A stretch of 64,000 nucleotides of DNA from positions 26,166,001 to 26,230,000 of the forward strand of contig CM119372.1 in the NCBI GenBank assembly GCA_051294905.1, written 5' to 3'. The DNA is from Botryllus schlosseri. Its lineage: Eukaryota. How positions within the stretch are numbered: the first letter of the stretch is position 1; the number at the start of each line of letters is the position of its first letter. Position numbers and translations under genes: made by a program. Below, one piece after another: positions 26,591 through 40,900 of the stretch. The notes under the pieces are model-generated. The model was not told the origin of the DNA, searched no databases, and was given only the letters and a program-made list of their open reading frames with translations.

Positions 26591-29347
26591 GGTGAATACA
26601 GTTGTTTTGGTAATGTGCCACTATTCGCGACTAAATATGCGCGTTTGAGAAGTATACTTGATATTTCCCGCACGGGTATTTATAATGATAATATATGTGA
26701 CCCACATTATCCCACAGTGGCGAAATCGCACGGTAAACGTCTCGTGTTTCCTACTAAGTAGGTTATAAATACTGACTCAAGTCGTTTAGTTCTAGCAAAT
26801 TATTCCCACATTGCAGATATCAATTAATGTCACCAGGCTCAATTGGTGATAGAACAGTATACGTCGCCAACATACACACCGTAACTCCTATAAGTGTTTG
26901 GTTAAAAGTAGAATGATCTAACATTTTGACATATTTGGTCATTTATCATAGTTTTTCGCTATGCAGAAGGATACCTGCCATGTTCTGTCAACACATATCA
27001 CGCCACGGAATTTCGAAATTGATAAGCACTCATAATGTAACATGATTGTTTGTTGAATTATTTTATCTTGAATTGAGTTATCTTGGTATCTAGAGCGCTT
27101 GGTCTCTAATCCCTTCATGGCATTGTGCAGATAAGAACCGACGTCGTGTAAATTCAGCGATGTGTGTTCGTTAAAAAGTTCATTCGAACCGTAGTGATTT
27201 TCGGCAATCTGCATTCATCATAGAAATACTCCACGTTTGACAACCTCTTGACTCCGTTTAGAACGTGGAAGATTATTGCTCTTAGCAGGATTTACGTACG
27301 GATTAGCGTGGAGTTGTGTGATCAGTTGTATGATGAAAGAAGGTAGCGTGCTACTCGCGTTCACTTTACCTTGCAAAGTGACTCACATATAGCAGTGCCA
27401 GTATAGTTTAGTTACTATGAAGCGTCGTGAAGTTACTGTAAATCCTGTATTTGAAGAGGCTAAAGTTTGCTACGAAAATATATGATTGAGTTGGATAGAT
27501 ATGGACTGGACATAACTTTGGCAGTAAAGTGCTGAAGCTGATTCAATGACTATACCGTAATGAAATACGTCTTAAAATACAGTATTTATGATAGACCAAC
27601 GTCGAGGTCGGTAAACATCCTGCTAACGGCTGATGTCTGGAACATTGTGTCCCCAGGAGTATACAAATACAATATGAAAACTAAAGTGTTCCGCGTCGTA
27701 CACAAAGGAGTTACCCTTCGCCTCTACCCTGCATGTGCGTAGCCACTAGCCACACGCCCGTGAATAGAGGCCTCATCCATAATCTGACCGAATGAAAGCC
27801 ATCAAACAGAGAACACTAAACCACAAACTTGGAATTGATATGCGGTGATATAGTCCTCGACCTCCGTTATGAAAATGAGTAAACTATTGTAATACATTAC
27901 CCGGTCTTGATAGTTACTCGTCTGAATTTCGACAGGATAGAGTGTTATGTATATCATATGGCGATCGTCATGTTCTCGAGCTGACGTTGGTATCGCGTCA
28001 TGTGCAGCTATGCCATGCGGCGGGATGTAGGACTAATTCTCTGACGGAAGCTCGCACGAGCTAATTATTGGCAATCGCACCCAAAGACATTGGGCTAAAT
28101 ACCCAAGGCAAAAGTTCTGGGAATCGTGTTTTTTTCATATAAATTTGTTTATCGTATTACCTTATGATTATATTGTATTTGTACGTATTGATGCTTCAAT
28201 TTTTTAACTATTCGTTTCGGAGCCTCGCTGGAGTGACATATGCGGTCAGCAGTGATGTACTTCCTTTCAATTTCGGAATTAGAGGCGGATTAATTTTCAT
28301 CCGTGCTTATGTAGCTGGGCGAATTTGGACAGATTTGCATCGTTTTCTTCACTGATATCATCGTACCAATATTGGGAAACGCGGACTCGGTATCACGACA
28401 ATCTTGAAATGCAGGTGCACTGTGCCAACTGCTATTAGTACCAAATCATTCTTCGTAAGTTACGGAGATGCATCATATACCCATCTCGAAATCTGACGTT
28501 GGCTATCAACTAATGAAACGACCAACTCATGTAAATACTTACCCAATCACCATCTTCGTGTTCTATTATTTCCTTGTGCTTGGAAACATGTAGGGCCTAC
28601 ACTTTTTCATTTGGCACAGAGACTATTTCAACCTTCCATTGTTTATTTTATTTTTTTAATACGAATTGACATAATATAAAATGACCTATGCAAACGGAAT
28701 ACAATTTTTAAATCGACGGATGTGTTGCTCTGAATAAAAATAAACTACTCCCGCAATCTACTCTCAACTCCATGCTTTTTCACTTGTGAAGTATTTCCGA
28801 AACTCGGCGACGGAGCCGAATATAATTGTGTCGCAGATGTTTCAACATTTGATAGTAATTAGAGTATATATCTATCTATGCAAATATTGAAACATTACCT
28901 CTTTTTAATTGTGCATTAATCTCATCAGCTTCCTGAGTGGAATGATACAAAAGGCCTGGTACCATATGTTGCATGCATAACGCCGATGGGAGTGTAAAGA
29001 AATTGACAGCTCCATGCGGTGCTACAGCACAGACCAGATCGATTACTAAAAGATCGTCCATATTTTCTTAGTCAAATGGATTGGTGTTTCCGTTAGGATA
29101 TTCAGTATGCTTCATCGCGGTCGATTTACTAGTAGTCTATATGTTTAAGTGTAAAGATACGGAACCTGTATATAGGAAGGAAGTTGCAGACAAATAGATA
29201 TTGACCCATGCGCTCTTTACCTAGTTTTGGGATTCGTGTTTGACGCTTTTTACCAGTATGTTTGATTCTCGTTATAATATAATCAAGTCAGACCGATCAG
29301 ACTGTAGCGAATTCCTAAATGTATATCTATATAGCTAGGATATAGAT

Positions 29348-30878
29348 CAGTGACTCTCAACCGCAGGTCCGTGGTGCCGTGATAAAGTTCATGGTATATT
29401 TTGTGTATGCGTGACAGTGGTGCAGGTGGTGTATGAAATCATTTAAAAGTGGCCTACAGGTCGTTTCGGATTAGTTCTACCATCTACATCAGTGGTTCCA
29501 ACCTTTTTCGACTCATCGCCCCCTTTTGAAGCTCCACACCGATCATCGCCCCCCAAATATTGGGAACCGAAAAACAGCACTTCGTCAGCCCCCCCCCGAA
29601 AAAAACGTTGGTCTTTGGCCCCATAGTGTGATAAACCAGACCCCAGACCCCCCTCAGCCAGTGGGCTTTTTTGTCGCTACTCACCGTCTTTCGTCTAAAC
29701 GCGCCAAGCGCGACAAATTTATATAATCGATGTTTGAATCGGTCAATATGGTCGATGTGGTATGTTGGAAAAGGTAGGACCCGTAAATAATAATTAAACA
29801 TATTCCTGCGGAATCGTTGTTATATTGACTTCTTTACATGATGCTATTTCGTGACCTCCTATATCTGCTATGTCAGAAGATATGGAAATCGTCAAAACGT
29901 ACCAAACTAAAAGACGCACATGATTTCATATTGGTATTTCTTTACTGGCAAATAATTTTTTCCTTTCGGGATGGCATTTGTCCTGTAGGGTTAAGGTCGC
30001 CAGGACAGCAACATTCGACGCCAGCCATTGAGGCGCATATGGACAATTAAACATATATGTGTATATATCGAAGTTTTCGGTCTTCTCGCTGCTGATCTTT
30101 CTGGCACACTTCTCGGAGTCGCAATTTACATGGCCTCTAACTTCATACGTCTTGGTGCGTCGTGGCGTAGTAATGAAGTCTCCCATTTCCATAAATCATG
30201 CGTATTTTTGTTGGGTGACGGGACCCCAACATCAAGATACATGAAAATATTAAGTCGCATGAATTTCTAAAAAAATACTCTATTATTCATGTTAGTTCAC
30301 GAAATAATTTTGGGCTTCCTTCGATTTCGGGCCCCCCACCCCCAATTGGGGGGTTTGGGGTGCGGTAGTTACGGTCCCGACTCCAATATAGCCGTTTTAA
30401 CGCGCCATCGCCCCCATTCGTTGTTTTCGCCCCCTATCGCCCCCTTCGTCCGTTTTCGCCCCCCTATCGCCCCCTTCTTTATTCTCGCCCCCCTAGACCG
30501 CCAAATCGCCCACTTCGGGAACCACTGATCTACATGGACACTAAGGATAGTTTTGAACTAATTTCGTTAAATACTTACCAGTGACAGTATAATAAAGGCT
30601 ATAGCAAACAGAAAAGTTGCATTTCTTTCAAAAGAATACTGAATAATCACAATGAAGTTAGTAGCATTTAGGAGACATTTGCGAGCTTCACCTTGCAAAA
30701 TCTTCAATAGAACCACGAATATAAATATCTACTATCAAAAAGACAGCATTAAATGAAGTTTACAATTAAACGTAATTAAAAAGTTGTGTTCGATTTTGAT
30801 TTTTGAAGATTCACAGGCCCGCTAAATTTGTTTTGAAGTTTTACCAGCCCGCGAGGTCAGAGAGGTTGAGAACCACTG
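29348..30878. mobile_element. Older hAT MITE hosting family A copy 2
   Basis: TIRs cagtgactctcaacc / ggttgagaaccactg; TSD atatagat / gtatagat. Confidence 0.82.
29490..30527 (-). mobile_element. hAT family A copy 2 (inverted relative to 4337-5507, with small deletions)
   Basis: cagtggttcc...gggaaccactg; perfect TSD atctacat; long near-identical stretches with copy 1. Confidence 0.93.
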
Positions 30879-31677
30879 GTATAGATATAAGAATGTTAGG
30901 TTGAGGAATATTTTACAGGAAAGCGTAATGACCACTTCCCGCGATGTTTAAGGAAATCGCCATCGACAGCATGGTATCCATCAGCTTAAATGGTTAAAAA
31001 ATGAATGCTCCTTTGAAGTTGTATTCGCCAATATTTTGGTATTCCTTGGCCGACAAGGGTGTGCTAAGTCATAAAAAGAAAGTATTCGCTGATCGGCGTT
31101 CTGATACCTTGTAATGATTCATAAATCGACGATTATCAAAACATTGACCGCCCTTGGTGGCAGGCAACTGAACAAGAATGTTTTTATTATCAATTCCAAT
31201 CTGTCGCCAGATAAGGTTGAGTGAAAGTCTTTGAAACGTTTGTCTGCAACGAACTAGAGAAATGGAATGACAGTTGGAGAGTAGTAATGGAGTCACGACT
31301 TATACTTATACTGGTAAAGCCCAACGCCGACTTAATGTATTTGTTATCCGATGATCATTTTAAGGTGACACATCGTGACCATAGACGGTATTACAAACAC
31401 ATGAAGTGTGGCAACAATTTTGCCGTTGTATATAAGAATGATAGAAACGCATCCAAGCGCATATGCTATTGGTGTAAAAGATCAAATTAGCGCCAATGAC
31501 TAGGGCTGAGCCCAATGATTGGAGTAGGCCTACTCGAATCTGATTTGAGTATTAATAAAAATGCTTCGAGACTAATAGTCAGAGATGAATTTTCCAGCAC
31601 CGAAATTAGATGCTCCATGTCACTAAGAGTTGATTTATCTACGTGAATTACAGGTTCGATACAATTTTCCACTGTGG

Positions 31678-33438
31678 AAGTATAGAACGTAAAAATGGAA
31701 TGGCAACGACCGATTTTGCAGCTTCGTTCCGCTTAACTGAGGCTGGATTCAGAATTGTTTGGCGGCAGCGACTGTAGGATTTTTGACAATCCCAAAGTTA
31801 TCTTCCAGAGCACAGAATTTACTGAATCTTGGGGGGTTATTACATGCTCTTCGTAAGAATAGAAATCTTCGGTATTCGGGGAATCGCCGAACATTTTTTA
31901 TGATCGGTATTTCGTGCGATCTTATCACAAACTCGATGAAAAAAATCTTCGGGAATTCAGACAAATATCTTCGGCACACCGCGAACACTCAATACCATTC
32001 GTGTTCGTGCGATCGTCATTCGGGAAGAGTTGCTTGTTTCGGGAAGACTTATATTTCGACATTATTGCTGCGCGTTATTTCTTTGTAAATAATCGCACTT
32101 TGGAGGCTGTCAAGAACGGGAATATGTTGACTTGAACGAATGCGGAGCGATAAAAAAGTCGCTACATAGTACAACTCAAAATGAGTAAATTTGAAATCGA
32201 ATATTTGTGTTCATTACCAGCAGTAAAGAATAGCATGGAATCATCAGGTCATCGTTCGACAGACCTAACCTTACAGCACAAAGTTTTAGTTTATTTTAAA
32301 ACGATCTGTTCAGGAAGCTTTCAGAATTGAGCGCATTTTCCGATTCAATGCTTTCGATGGCTCCAAATTTCATTTACATGCCAACTAAAACTTGGAAGTA
32401 CTTGCCGCAAAACGGTGTATCAAGAACTTTATAAAAATTTTAAACCAACGTGCAGACAAGCATTTGCGATAAGAAAGCGCCCTTACATGCTACTGCTGTT
32501 TTAATAGCTGCTAGATAGCCGCGAAGATGAAAACAATTATGGCATTGCCGATAGCGCAGGGTAATTGCCATATCATAATCGGGCTGCTATAATGAAAATT
32601 GATGTCTCAAAAAGTCTTTGATTCGTTTCAAGCTTATTAATAATCAAGTCACAGATAAATCAATATTCCGCAAATTCTGAGCTCATTGTATGGGTTTCTG
32701 CTTGCACTTCAATATTAATTCCCAGAATTTGCCGTTAATAAATTTCTATGGGTACTGGGTAGTCAAGCAATCAAGGAATACTTCTCAGTTCGTTGATGTA
32801 CGAAACGAAGTGTTAAGTTTTCCGCTTCCAACTCATCACGAACAGAAGTCACGAGTACGAACAAAACATGTAATACGTATCCCGAAAATAAATATTCTGT
32901 TCGGCTGTGCAAATTCCCGAACACGAACGCGTTTACGAACACTATCACGAAAACCATTACGAACACGATCACGAATGAGCATCTAATGACCCCCAGGTCT
33001 TGATCGAAAGCTACTGACGCACCGATTCCGAAAATATAAATTAAAATGTGATCAGGCCTTGAACCACCCGGCATTCGCCCTCCAAGTCTGAAATATCAGC
33101 ATTGCCCGAACAATCGGAGAGTCGAAACGGGTCATTGTTATGGTAATTGTTTTGCGGTCGTCTGATTGTTCTGAACAATGCAAATTTTAGATGTTGAACG
33201 TGATATTTCGTCAAAGTCCGGAGCATGACCATATTTTAATTTATATTTTCGGAATCAGTTGCGACAGTAGCTTTCGATCAAGACCAGATTCAGTAAATTC
33301 GGCGGTCTGAAAGAAAACTTTTGGATTGCCAGAAATCCTTCAGTCGCTGTCGCAAAACAATTCTGATTTCAGCCTGAACGAAGCGGAACGAGAAGCTACA
33401 AAGTCGGTCGTTCCCATTCCATGTTTACATTCAATACT
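31678..33438. mobile_element. Fold-back (near fully palindromic) MITE of about 600 bp, probably Tc1/mariner-pogo type, split by an insertion
   Basis: 31678-31830 plus 32995-33130 is the inverted repeat of about 33145-33438. The right end caatactg|ta gives a CAGTA terminus with a TA flank. Confidence 0.82.
31832..32994. mobile_element. MITE inserted in the left arm of the fold-back element
   Basis: TIRs gggggttattacatgctc.tcgt / acgaatgagcatctaatgaccccc; subterminal TTCG/CGAA repeats; TSD not clean. Confidence 0.78.
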
Positions 33439-34699
33439 GTAAACCTCGATTGGTCGTCTCACCGCGTCCGACACGTGTATTACGAAACTATGCATTGTCG
33501 TGGAGATGATATTTCTGGTAAGTCTTCATCAACCCACAGCATGGTCACAAAGTAGAATGAAATAGGTACGGTCGAAAAATAAATGATCTGTAATGTGATG
33601 TAAAATTGGCATTATATTCTTTGTGATCGCATAAAAGTACATATTTGAACTTTCCACATCATCCAGATTGTTGTGACGTCACAACGAGTGATACCAACAT
33701 ACTTGATTCGACTCGAAGTCAAATCTCGATTCAGAATTGAATCACTCTGGTACTCAATTTTTCCCTGATATACTAAAGACTTGCCAGTTAACCCAGTTAT
33801 TCCCAGGCTAAGGCATTCAGAGTCCCCTGGACCCTCAATACATCAGCAACGACAAGCAACTTACTCTATATTGGGCACCCACGGAATCGATACTGTTTGA
33901 TCGAAAGACCCCAGTGTGCTGAAATACCTTACTGCAGCACATCACAATTTCAAACATAGTTCAGTCTTAACATCTATCATTTCATCAACCCGAATATATG
34001 AAATTAAATCGGAATCATGAATCTTCGACCGAAAATTGCTTGACGCTGATCTCAGAAGGAAATACAGGTAGTCTAAAAAATAGTACGATATTGAACTAGA
34101 TCACAATCGAAGCATAGAAGGGCGAGTGTCCAAGACTTTCAGACTTTTACACGTTGGTGGTCGCGTCTGACGGTATATTAAAATTTCATTGATCAAAATT
34201 CCGTTCCCATATAGTCACAATGGCATTAACGAATTACATATCCACAAATATACGATGTTGTCGAGTTCTTAATAACATGCAAACCTGGTTGGAGTGTCAC
34301 TGAAAGTCATTTTCTCAAAAGTGAAGGAGAGGATTAACTTTGCGTCGGGAAATCGAATGGTATTATTTATGTGTTAAGTCAATGTTAAAAGCTGCGGCAT
34401 TCATTGACTGTTTGGCAGCACCCGATAGAGTGTGAATATTTTCTCGTCACCTGCATGGCCAATGTCAAATGTCCAGATGTAGCCAATTATGCCGCTCATG
34501 ATAACTGCTATTCTCATCCGCTCTTGACCTCTTACTTCTGTGTAAACCAAAATCATTGCGAAAATTGGAGTGGGCTTATGTCGATCGGAGTAACGGTTCT
34601 ACCATAAGTAGTATATCGCATAATTAGAAACTTGTTTTGATTTGTCATATCCGTGTAATCTCTCATCGAAGCAACTAGTTGTCATCGTTTCAGTGTAAT

Positions 34700-34920
34700 G
34701 TAGATGAACCAGACTAGAATGATCGTAGTGATCGGTGCAATGAACAGATAGTAGGATGCCGAAACGACCAAGTACTGCCCCTCAATCTACCATCCTCTCA
34801 GCCTAATGCCAGTGCTCGGCATTTATCAGACGGGGATTCTGGAGTTAACCTCGGTCGGATTCGAACGTCTGAGTCATTTGCGTTACAGTCGTGCAACGTA
34901 CCACTACGCTACTCGCCCCT
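34700..34920 (-). mobile_element. Related tRNA-derived SINE with a different 3' part
   Basis: Reverse complement gives gggcgagtagcgtagtggt...cgttcgaatccgaccgagg (A/B boxes). Its 3' part aatgaacagata..aggatgccgaa recurs at about 46550-46630. Confidence 0.65.
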
Positions 34921-36210
34921 CGGGGTTCTCGAAGTGCTATGGGAGTATAGTGTGCCGCGAAGTCGAAAGGACCGAGAACCGCTGTCAAGCACGGTCAGTC
35001 GGTCAGGTTTTGCTATTTTCACTACTGTACGGTTGTCAAGACCCAAACGTCGATCACGGAGCCTTCGAAATATAGTCACGACAAAAATATTATTCCATTA
35101 TTTCTACAACGAAAAATACGAGAACCTCCAAGACATGTACAATATATCCGCCACTAACGCCAGTCACCATTGGCCTACGCAGTGGGCAGGGCTGCCGACT
35201 ACAAACCCTCCTGAAACGCCCCTTTATTCGAAGTTCCAAACATAAACTTAAAATTCGCACATACGTGGTGAATCAGTTTTCAACATAACGGATTATTAAC
35301 GCTCTATAGTGGATAGTAGCTGAGGTTGCCCAGCGGGCGGTATAGTCTTATTATCTCGGTAAACAAACTGTGTCTGCAGTTCAGCAGTTCAGGTCTTAGC
35401 GTAACGCAGAAACAAAGCGTCGCTCCCAACCGATGCATCTATAGCCGCGATCGCGTTGACACGAATGTTCATTGTCGTTGAATTGTCATCTATTTACGGT
35501 TATAAGTCAATACTTGGCAGGTAAACAGTTTAGTAATTTGTAGAAAGCGGACTGTTAACTGAAATGGTTCGGGAACCGTGTACGTTGCTCTTGACGCGTG
35601 ACTGCTCGATTAAAAACGAAAGATTCGTAAGATCTGCGGCCGCCTAAACTAGGGGTTCTCAAAGGGTGGGCCATGGCCCACTGGTGGGCCACAGGAGTAT
35701 TTGAGGTGGGCCACAAAGCTATTTAGAAAATGTTAGAAATAATGTAAGTTTAGTTATTTTGTTATGTTATTAGCCAAAAATATATTCATATTATCTAATT
35801 ATACGTAGGCTACGTAAAGCTTTTCATACGGTTCTGATGAGACGTAGTGGCATGCATGGAGTCGGCATGTACAAGTCGAAAACGGGAGGGAAAAACAGTG
35901 GCTTTTTCCACTGGCTATGACAACCTACGGCCAACAGCAACTAAAATAATTTCGAGTACATAATACCTGAAAGGTAATGCTGAAGTAACTAACTATTCCC
36001 CCAGGGTCGTATGCCGTTGAAAGGGGTGTGCAATAAACTCGGAATGAAGTGTAATAGATGCATAGATTTACTCTGCTTAGTCAAGTCGTAATATAGTAAC
36101 ATAAAAATAGCCATAATTGCAGATTATTAGCAACTTCTGGTGGAGGTATACTGCAACGCCGCAACGAATTGTAATGGATTGAGGATTTTGCGGAGCGCAT
36201 TGATCTATGG

Positions 36211-37061
36211 CAGTGGTCGGGAACCTATGGCTCTTTTGGGTATAAGATATGGCTCTTTGCCAAATATTTATTTTTATACTGAATTGGTAAATATTGCAGC
36301 GACTTGTTAGTAAATTTTCATCACGGTCAGAATAGTTATTCTCGTGGCATTATAACCAATTAATCAAGTCATTGAGAGGTAAAGACAATGCCGTCTTCAG
36401 GTTTAGGGGCCCGGACCCCCTCTCTCGAAAATCCTCAAATTTAAGTTAGTGTCGCGCCGGCGAATTCTACATACCCGACTCGCAATCTTGGATTGTGCGA
36501 TACGTTGATTAATTACAGACATGGCAACGCCCACATCACAACGCAGTTTACAAATACACATTGTCTTCCTGATCTATGGCGCGATAAGAACTGCCGTGGA
36601 GTTACAATTACGAACTCGAACTACAAACAAAGCCATAGCAATCCACGGCGATAATGCGTGCAGCGCAACGTTATGTTACCGCCGAATACTTTGAGAATTG
36701 AGAAGTCGATCAGTAACTAGATTTTCGGAAGCAGTGCAACTGTTACATTCGATTAATATCAGTTATAATAAATTCTAAGCTATTCACGAAGGATTGCGTT
36801 ATCAATAGCGAGGCTTGGCCCATCTGTGCCTTACCTCTCGTTTCGAGCTTTATTTTCGAACAATAAAAATAACAGTTTTCACTGATAAAATGTGGCGCAC
36901 TCGACGAATCCCGTGTAGTGAGTTCAAATTAGTGCTAACAGGACGCCACGAATTTTCAATTGTGACGTAACAGGTGATTTGCAAGTATGGCTCTTTGGGA
37001 GTATAAACGGAAAAAATACGTCCAATATGGCTCTTCGGACAAAAAAGGTTCCCGACCACTG
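36211..37061. mobile_element. hAT MITE
   Basis: TIRs cagtggtcgggaacc / ggttcccgaccactg; TSD atctatgg / atctatga; TATGGCTCT subterminal repeats. Confidence 0.9.
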
Positions 37062-37117
37062 ATCTATGAAGTCAGTTTAAAATGTCCGCCCTGGAAATCA
37101 TTGTACATAATGTAGAG

Positions 37118-37995
37118 CAGTGGTTCTTAACCTTTTTTCCTCCAGCGCCCCCTTTCAAAAATTATCGTGCTCCAGCGCCCCCCAACCTCATATTGTAAAG
37201 AATGTAATAAAGACAATGAGTAAGAGGGACGGCCGTAACATCACTTCGTCAACCCCCCTAAAAACGATTGCCTTGCGCACCCATAGCGTGATAAACCAAA
37301 CTTCTGCGGGCTTCGCTTTCAAGAACCCCGTAGCGTGATTTCGATGGTCAGCAAAGTTTGTGTGGCCTGGTCGCCCTAGGTACCAAAATTTTCTATAATG
37401 CATGAATGAATAGGTGTGAATAAGTCGCTATAAACTTTTTATCCTCTCAGCCCACCTAATCAGATTCACCAGTAGCGCTGAGTGAGCTGTTGTATTGGAA
37501 AATAAAGGGCACGTAATTAATAATTAAACATATTCGGGCGTGCCCGTGGGTACAATTAATTCGTTACCAGGGCCGTAACAGCACTTCGTCAGCCCCCCAA
37601 AAATACGTTGGTCTTAGGCCCCCATCGGGTGATGAAAAAAAAAACTTCCAGGGGGCTTCGCCCCCCTGACCCCCCTTCGGCTGTCCGCTATTTGCTGATA
37701 CTAGTCATCTACATTGTGTGTCCATTTACTGAGCCAGCTATTCTCGCCTAGACGCGCGAAGAGCGAAAAATTTCAATAATTAATGATTGAATTGGTCAAT
37801 ATGATCGAAAATTGCATTTATTTTGATATCAATTTTTATCCTTTCTCTGCTCATGTAAACAGATTTATCGATAGAGCTGAGTGATGTGTGATTGAAAACG
37901 TAGAACCCCTCAATAATAATTATACATCTTCGGGCGTATACCTATTGGCAGGAACAAAACGGCACTTCGTTAGGCCCCCCGAAAAAACTTGGGTT
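37118..37995. mobile_element. hAT element left end with internal repeats related to family A; right end not found
   Basis: cagtggttcttaacc start; three copies of a cacttcgtca.cccccc.aaaa unit also present in family A. Confidence 0.6.
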
Positions 37996-40900
37996 TATAC
38001 TTTTCATTGCTGACTGCAAGAACAAAGGAAATCCAACTAAAAACTTCGATAAAACTTGTCACGTCAAAAGGCATAATGACTCTCAGGAATCTGGCTCGTA
38101 TAATCACGTTATTTCAGTTGTAAGTATTATATTCACTCGTTTTTACCACTGCTACGTGCGAAAACGGGATATAGTAAGATAGTCGGCGTTTATCTTCCCA
38201 CGCTGCAGCATAGTTCACTATGCCCGTTACAACGGCAATTGATGGATACTTGGATTCGGTGGTGCATGATAATCCCTTCCCAAATTGTTCAGAAAACATT
38301 GGGTGCGGATCAGGGGCTCTTTCGGACAAAACAGTAACCCCACATGTGCTACAAATTGTTCAGCAACATGGAAAGCAATTTGGAAAATACTGGTACATTT
38401 CGAGTAGACAAGACTGGATTTACGATTTACAAATGATATTGCTCTTCCGAATTTAAAATCCGAAGATCATTTAGTACAATGTTGAAGTCCAAGTCCAAAG
38501 CCGGTAATCGCATTGGAATTGTGAATAATTATAGAGTTGATCCTATAGTCCAAATCCATATCCGATCCTAATCCGGTCAAAGCAATCGAATCCGATTCTT
38601 AAATGTAATCCATGCTGGGTTCTGATTTCAAGACCTAAAATATAAAATATGTTAAGCGTGGATCCGCAAAAATGGCGTGCCTCTCATCTCCGAACCGGAG
38701 TCCAATATTGTATTCTCATACAGGGCGAACACCTGATTCTTGCATTGCGATCTCACGCGTTGTCTACGATGATATTGTGGGCATAATAAGGCCCTGATAT
38801 AAGTCCGATAGCCGTGTGTGTGTGCCAATACATCATCATTATTAACTGATTTGAAGAATGAGTTGTTGTCTGAACTGTCTGCGTTGCATGACATGCAGTT
38901 TGCACGCATTTACCACAGAAAGCTTGCGGTTGTGCCCAGTAATCGCTCCCTAACCCCGAATGCTATTGCGAGTGGATTTGCGTGTGATAAACAGTATAAT
39001 ATCCTACAAACCAGTATACTTGATTTGTAATCCCTTTTGTTGTAAAAATTATGTACAGGTAGAAGTTACTAAATTTCATGGCTATAGTCTTCATACGTAC
39101 TTCTTACGCTCGATGCCATGTATATCGAAGTAGTATAGATGTGTTAATGTTATAAATTCGGCTCTCCCAAAATTCCCAACGCGCATCAAGTTCTTATTCA
39201 ATATAACGCGTCGAAAAAGACTTTCATTGCCGCACATTAATGCATTTCTTCGCGGGTGGCGTCAAATATCCACTGACAGACATGAAAATGGATTAGCCTT
39301 TCAGACTATTGTGGTATTCCGTTTAGTCATGCTGAAATATGCGGAATGGTAAATAATCGTATGAATTCATATTTCAGAGATATAAGTATAAGAAGTTGGT
39401 ATGTTCATGGGGCGCAGGGAAAATTCGCAACTGTGCTTACAATCTTAAGTTGTTCTACCCTAGACGATCCTGTTAATCCGACAATAAATAGGAAAATACA
39501 TCAAGTACTTTCAAGTAACGTGGAGTACGATGTCACGCACTCATATGCTCTTATAACTAACGGTAACGCAACGTTGAAAGATCATTAGTGTTGCTGTAAC
39601 ACTCTTCATTTGAGAAAAGGGACATTTTATGGCGTCTGCGTTTTCAAATAAATGTTTGAGTTGCTTTGCGCTGATGGATGGTTGGATAACCTACCCGGCG
39701 AAAATATTGTTTAAACAAATTATTTTCAGCGTGGGAATACATGTCTGATTGATGGAAGCATGAAAAACGTAGCGGCGTTGATACCCATTGACTGCGGTAT
39801 TAAGTTTAGAAAATCTCCCTGTGAAATTGTGGGAACAATAAGGAACCAGGAACTATGATCTGGATTAAAAAGGTTACTTGTGCATGAAATGTACAATGTA
39901 CATAGGTTTTCTCATCTGACGAAATTCAAAACTTATTTAGTCTGTCTTTTCGCGGGAAAATAGGCTATTTGTAGGGTTTTGAGCACGTGGTTGGTTGTGA
40001 ATAGCAACGATCGACTGGTTAACAAGCTATACTCTTCTCTTCGTCTGTTCTTATGATAAAGTTCTCATTTTATATCTTCGTAAACCTAATTCTTTTCCTT
40101 TACTTTCACCGTGTGATGTGGATATGTTTACAATCCTACAACGAAGATAGAAAATGAGAACTTCACTATAACTGGTCGATCGTTGCTTAGGCAACCAATC
40201 CTGCAATTGGCCTATCACTAAACTGCATAATCGTTTCCTCTTCAACAATCATTGTGAATAACAGCTCATTGTCTGTATATGCCGAAGCAGGGGCTTAGTT
40301 TAATTGATACCTATGGGAATTGATAGCCCAATGATAAAAAGCAAAATCCCGATATATCTTGTGATAAAGGCATTTCTAAAGCCTGGCACTTCTCAGTGGC
40401 TACTCTGTCAGTAATATCAGTCGAACTATCTCCTAGTAGGCAGTTGGACTTTCAAGTGAGAAAGGTTAGTGTTCTCGGAAACTAAACTGATCACTGCTAC
40501 AGGATCTTTTACCTCCGTGGCTAGATATTATATCAACCAAGATATCCGATTTGGAGTCGCATTGAATGTAGTGTACAGATTAGCAACATATATAGCAGTT
40601 ACATTGATGAGGGAACATTAAAAATTACATCGATTTGCAATAACGTTGTTGTTGTCGGTGATGTTGTGTTTCGGATATTAATCCGGTTGCTCAAATGTTT
40701 CACGTGCTCTCTCGCACGCCACCAGAGCCTTGTAATTTCGGAAAGTGCAGACAACTCACGTTACAAATTCGTCTATGTGACAGAGGCACCGCAAAATTAT
40801 GCGTTGCGCCGAATCTGGGAGAACGTCACCAGTAAATAACGCGTGTAAAGAACTCTATTTAGACCAAGACTAAATCCTAAATTGCAGATGACGTCAGGAT

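Noticed and set aside
35834..35882. CTGATGA-gac...gtc-GAAA with a plausible helix II (hammerhead-like)
   Set aside because: No helix I or helix III with a UH site could be formed in type I or type III topology.
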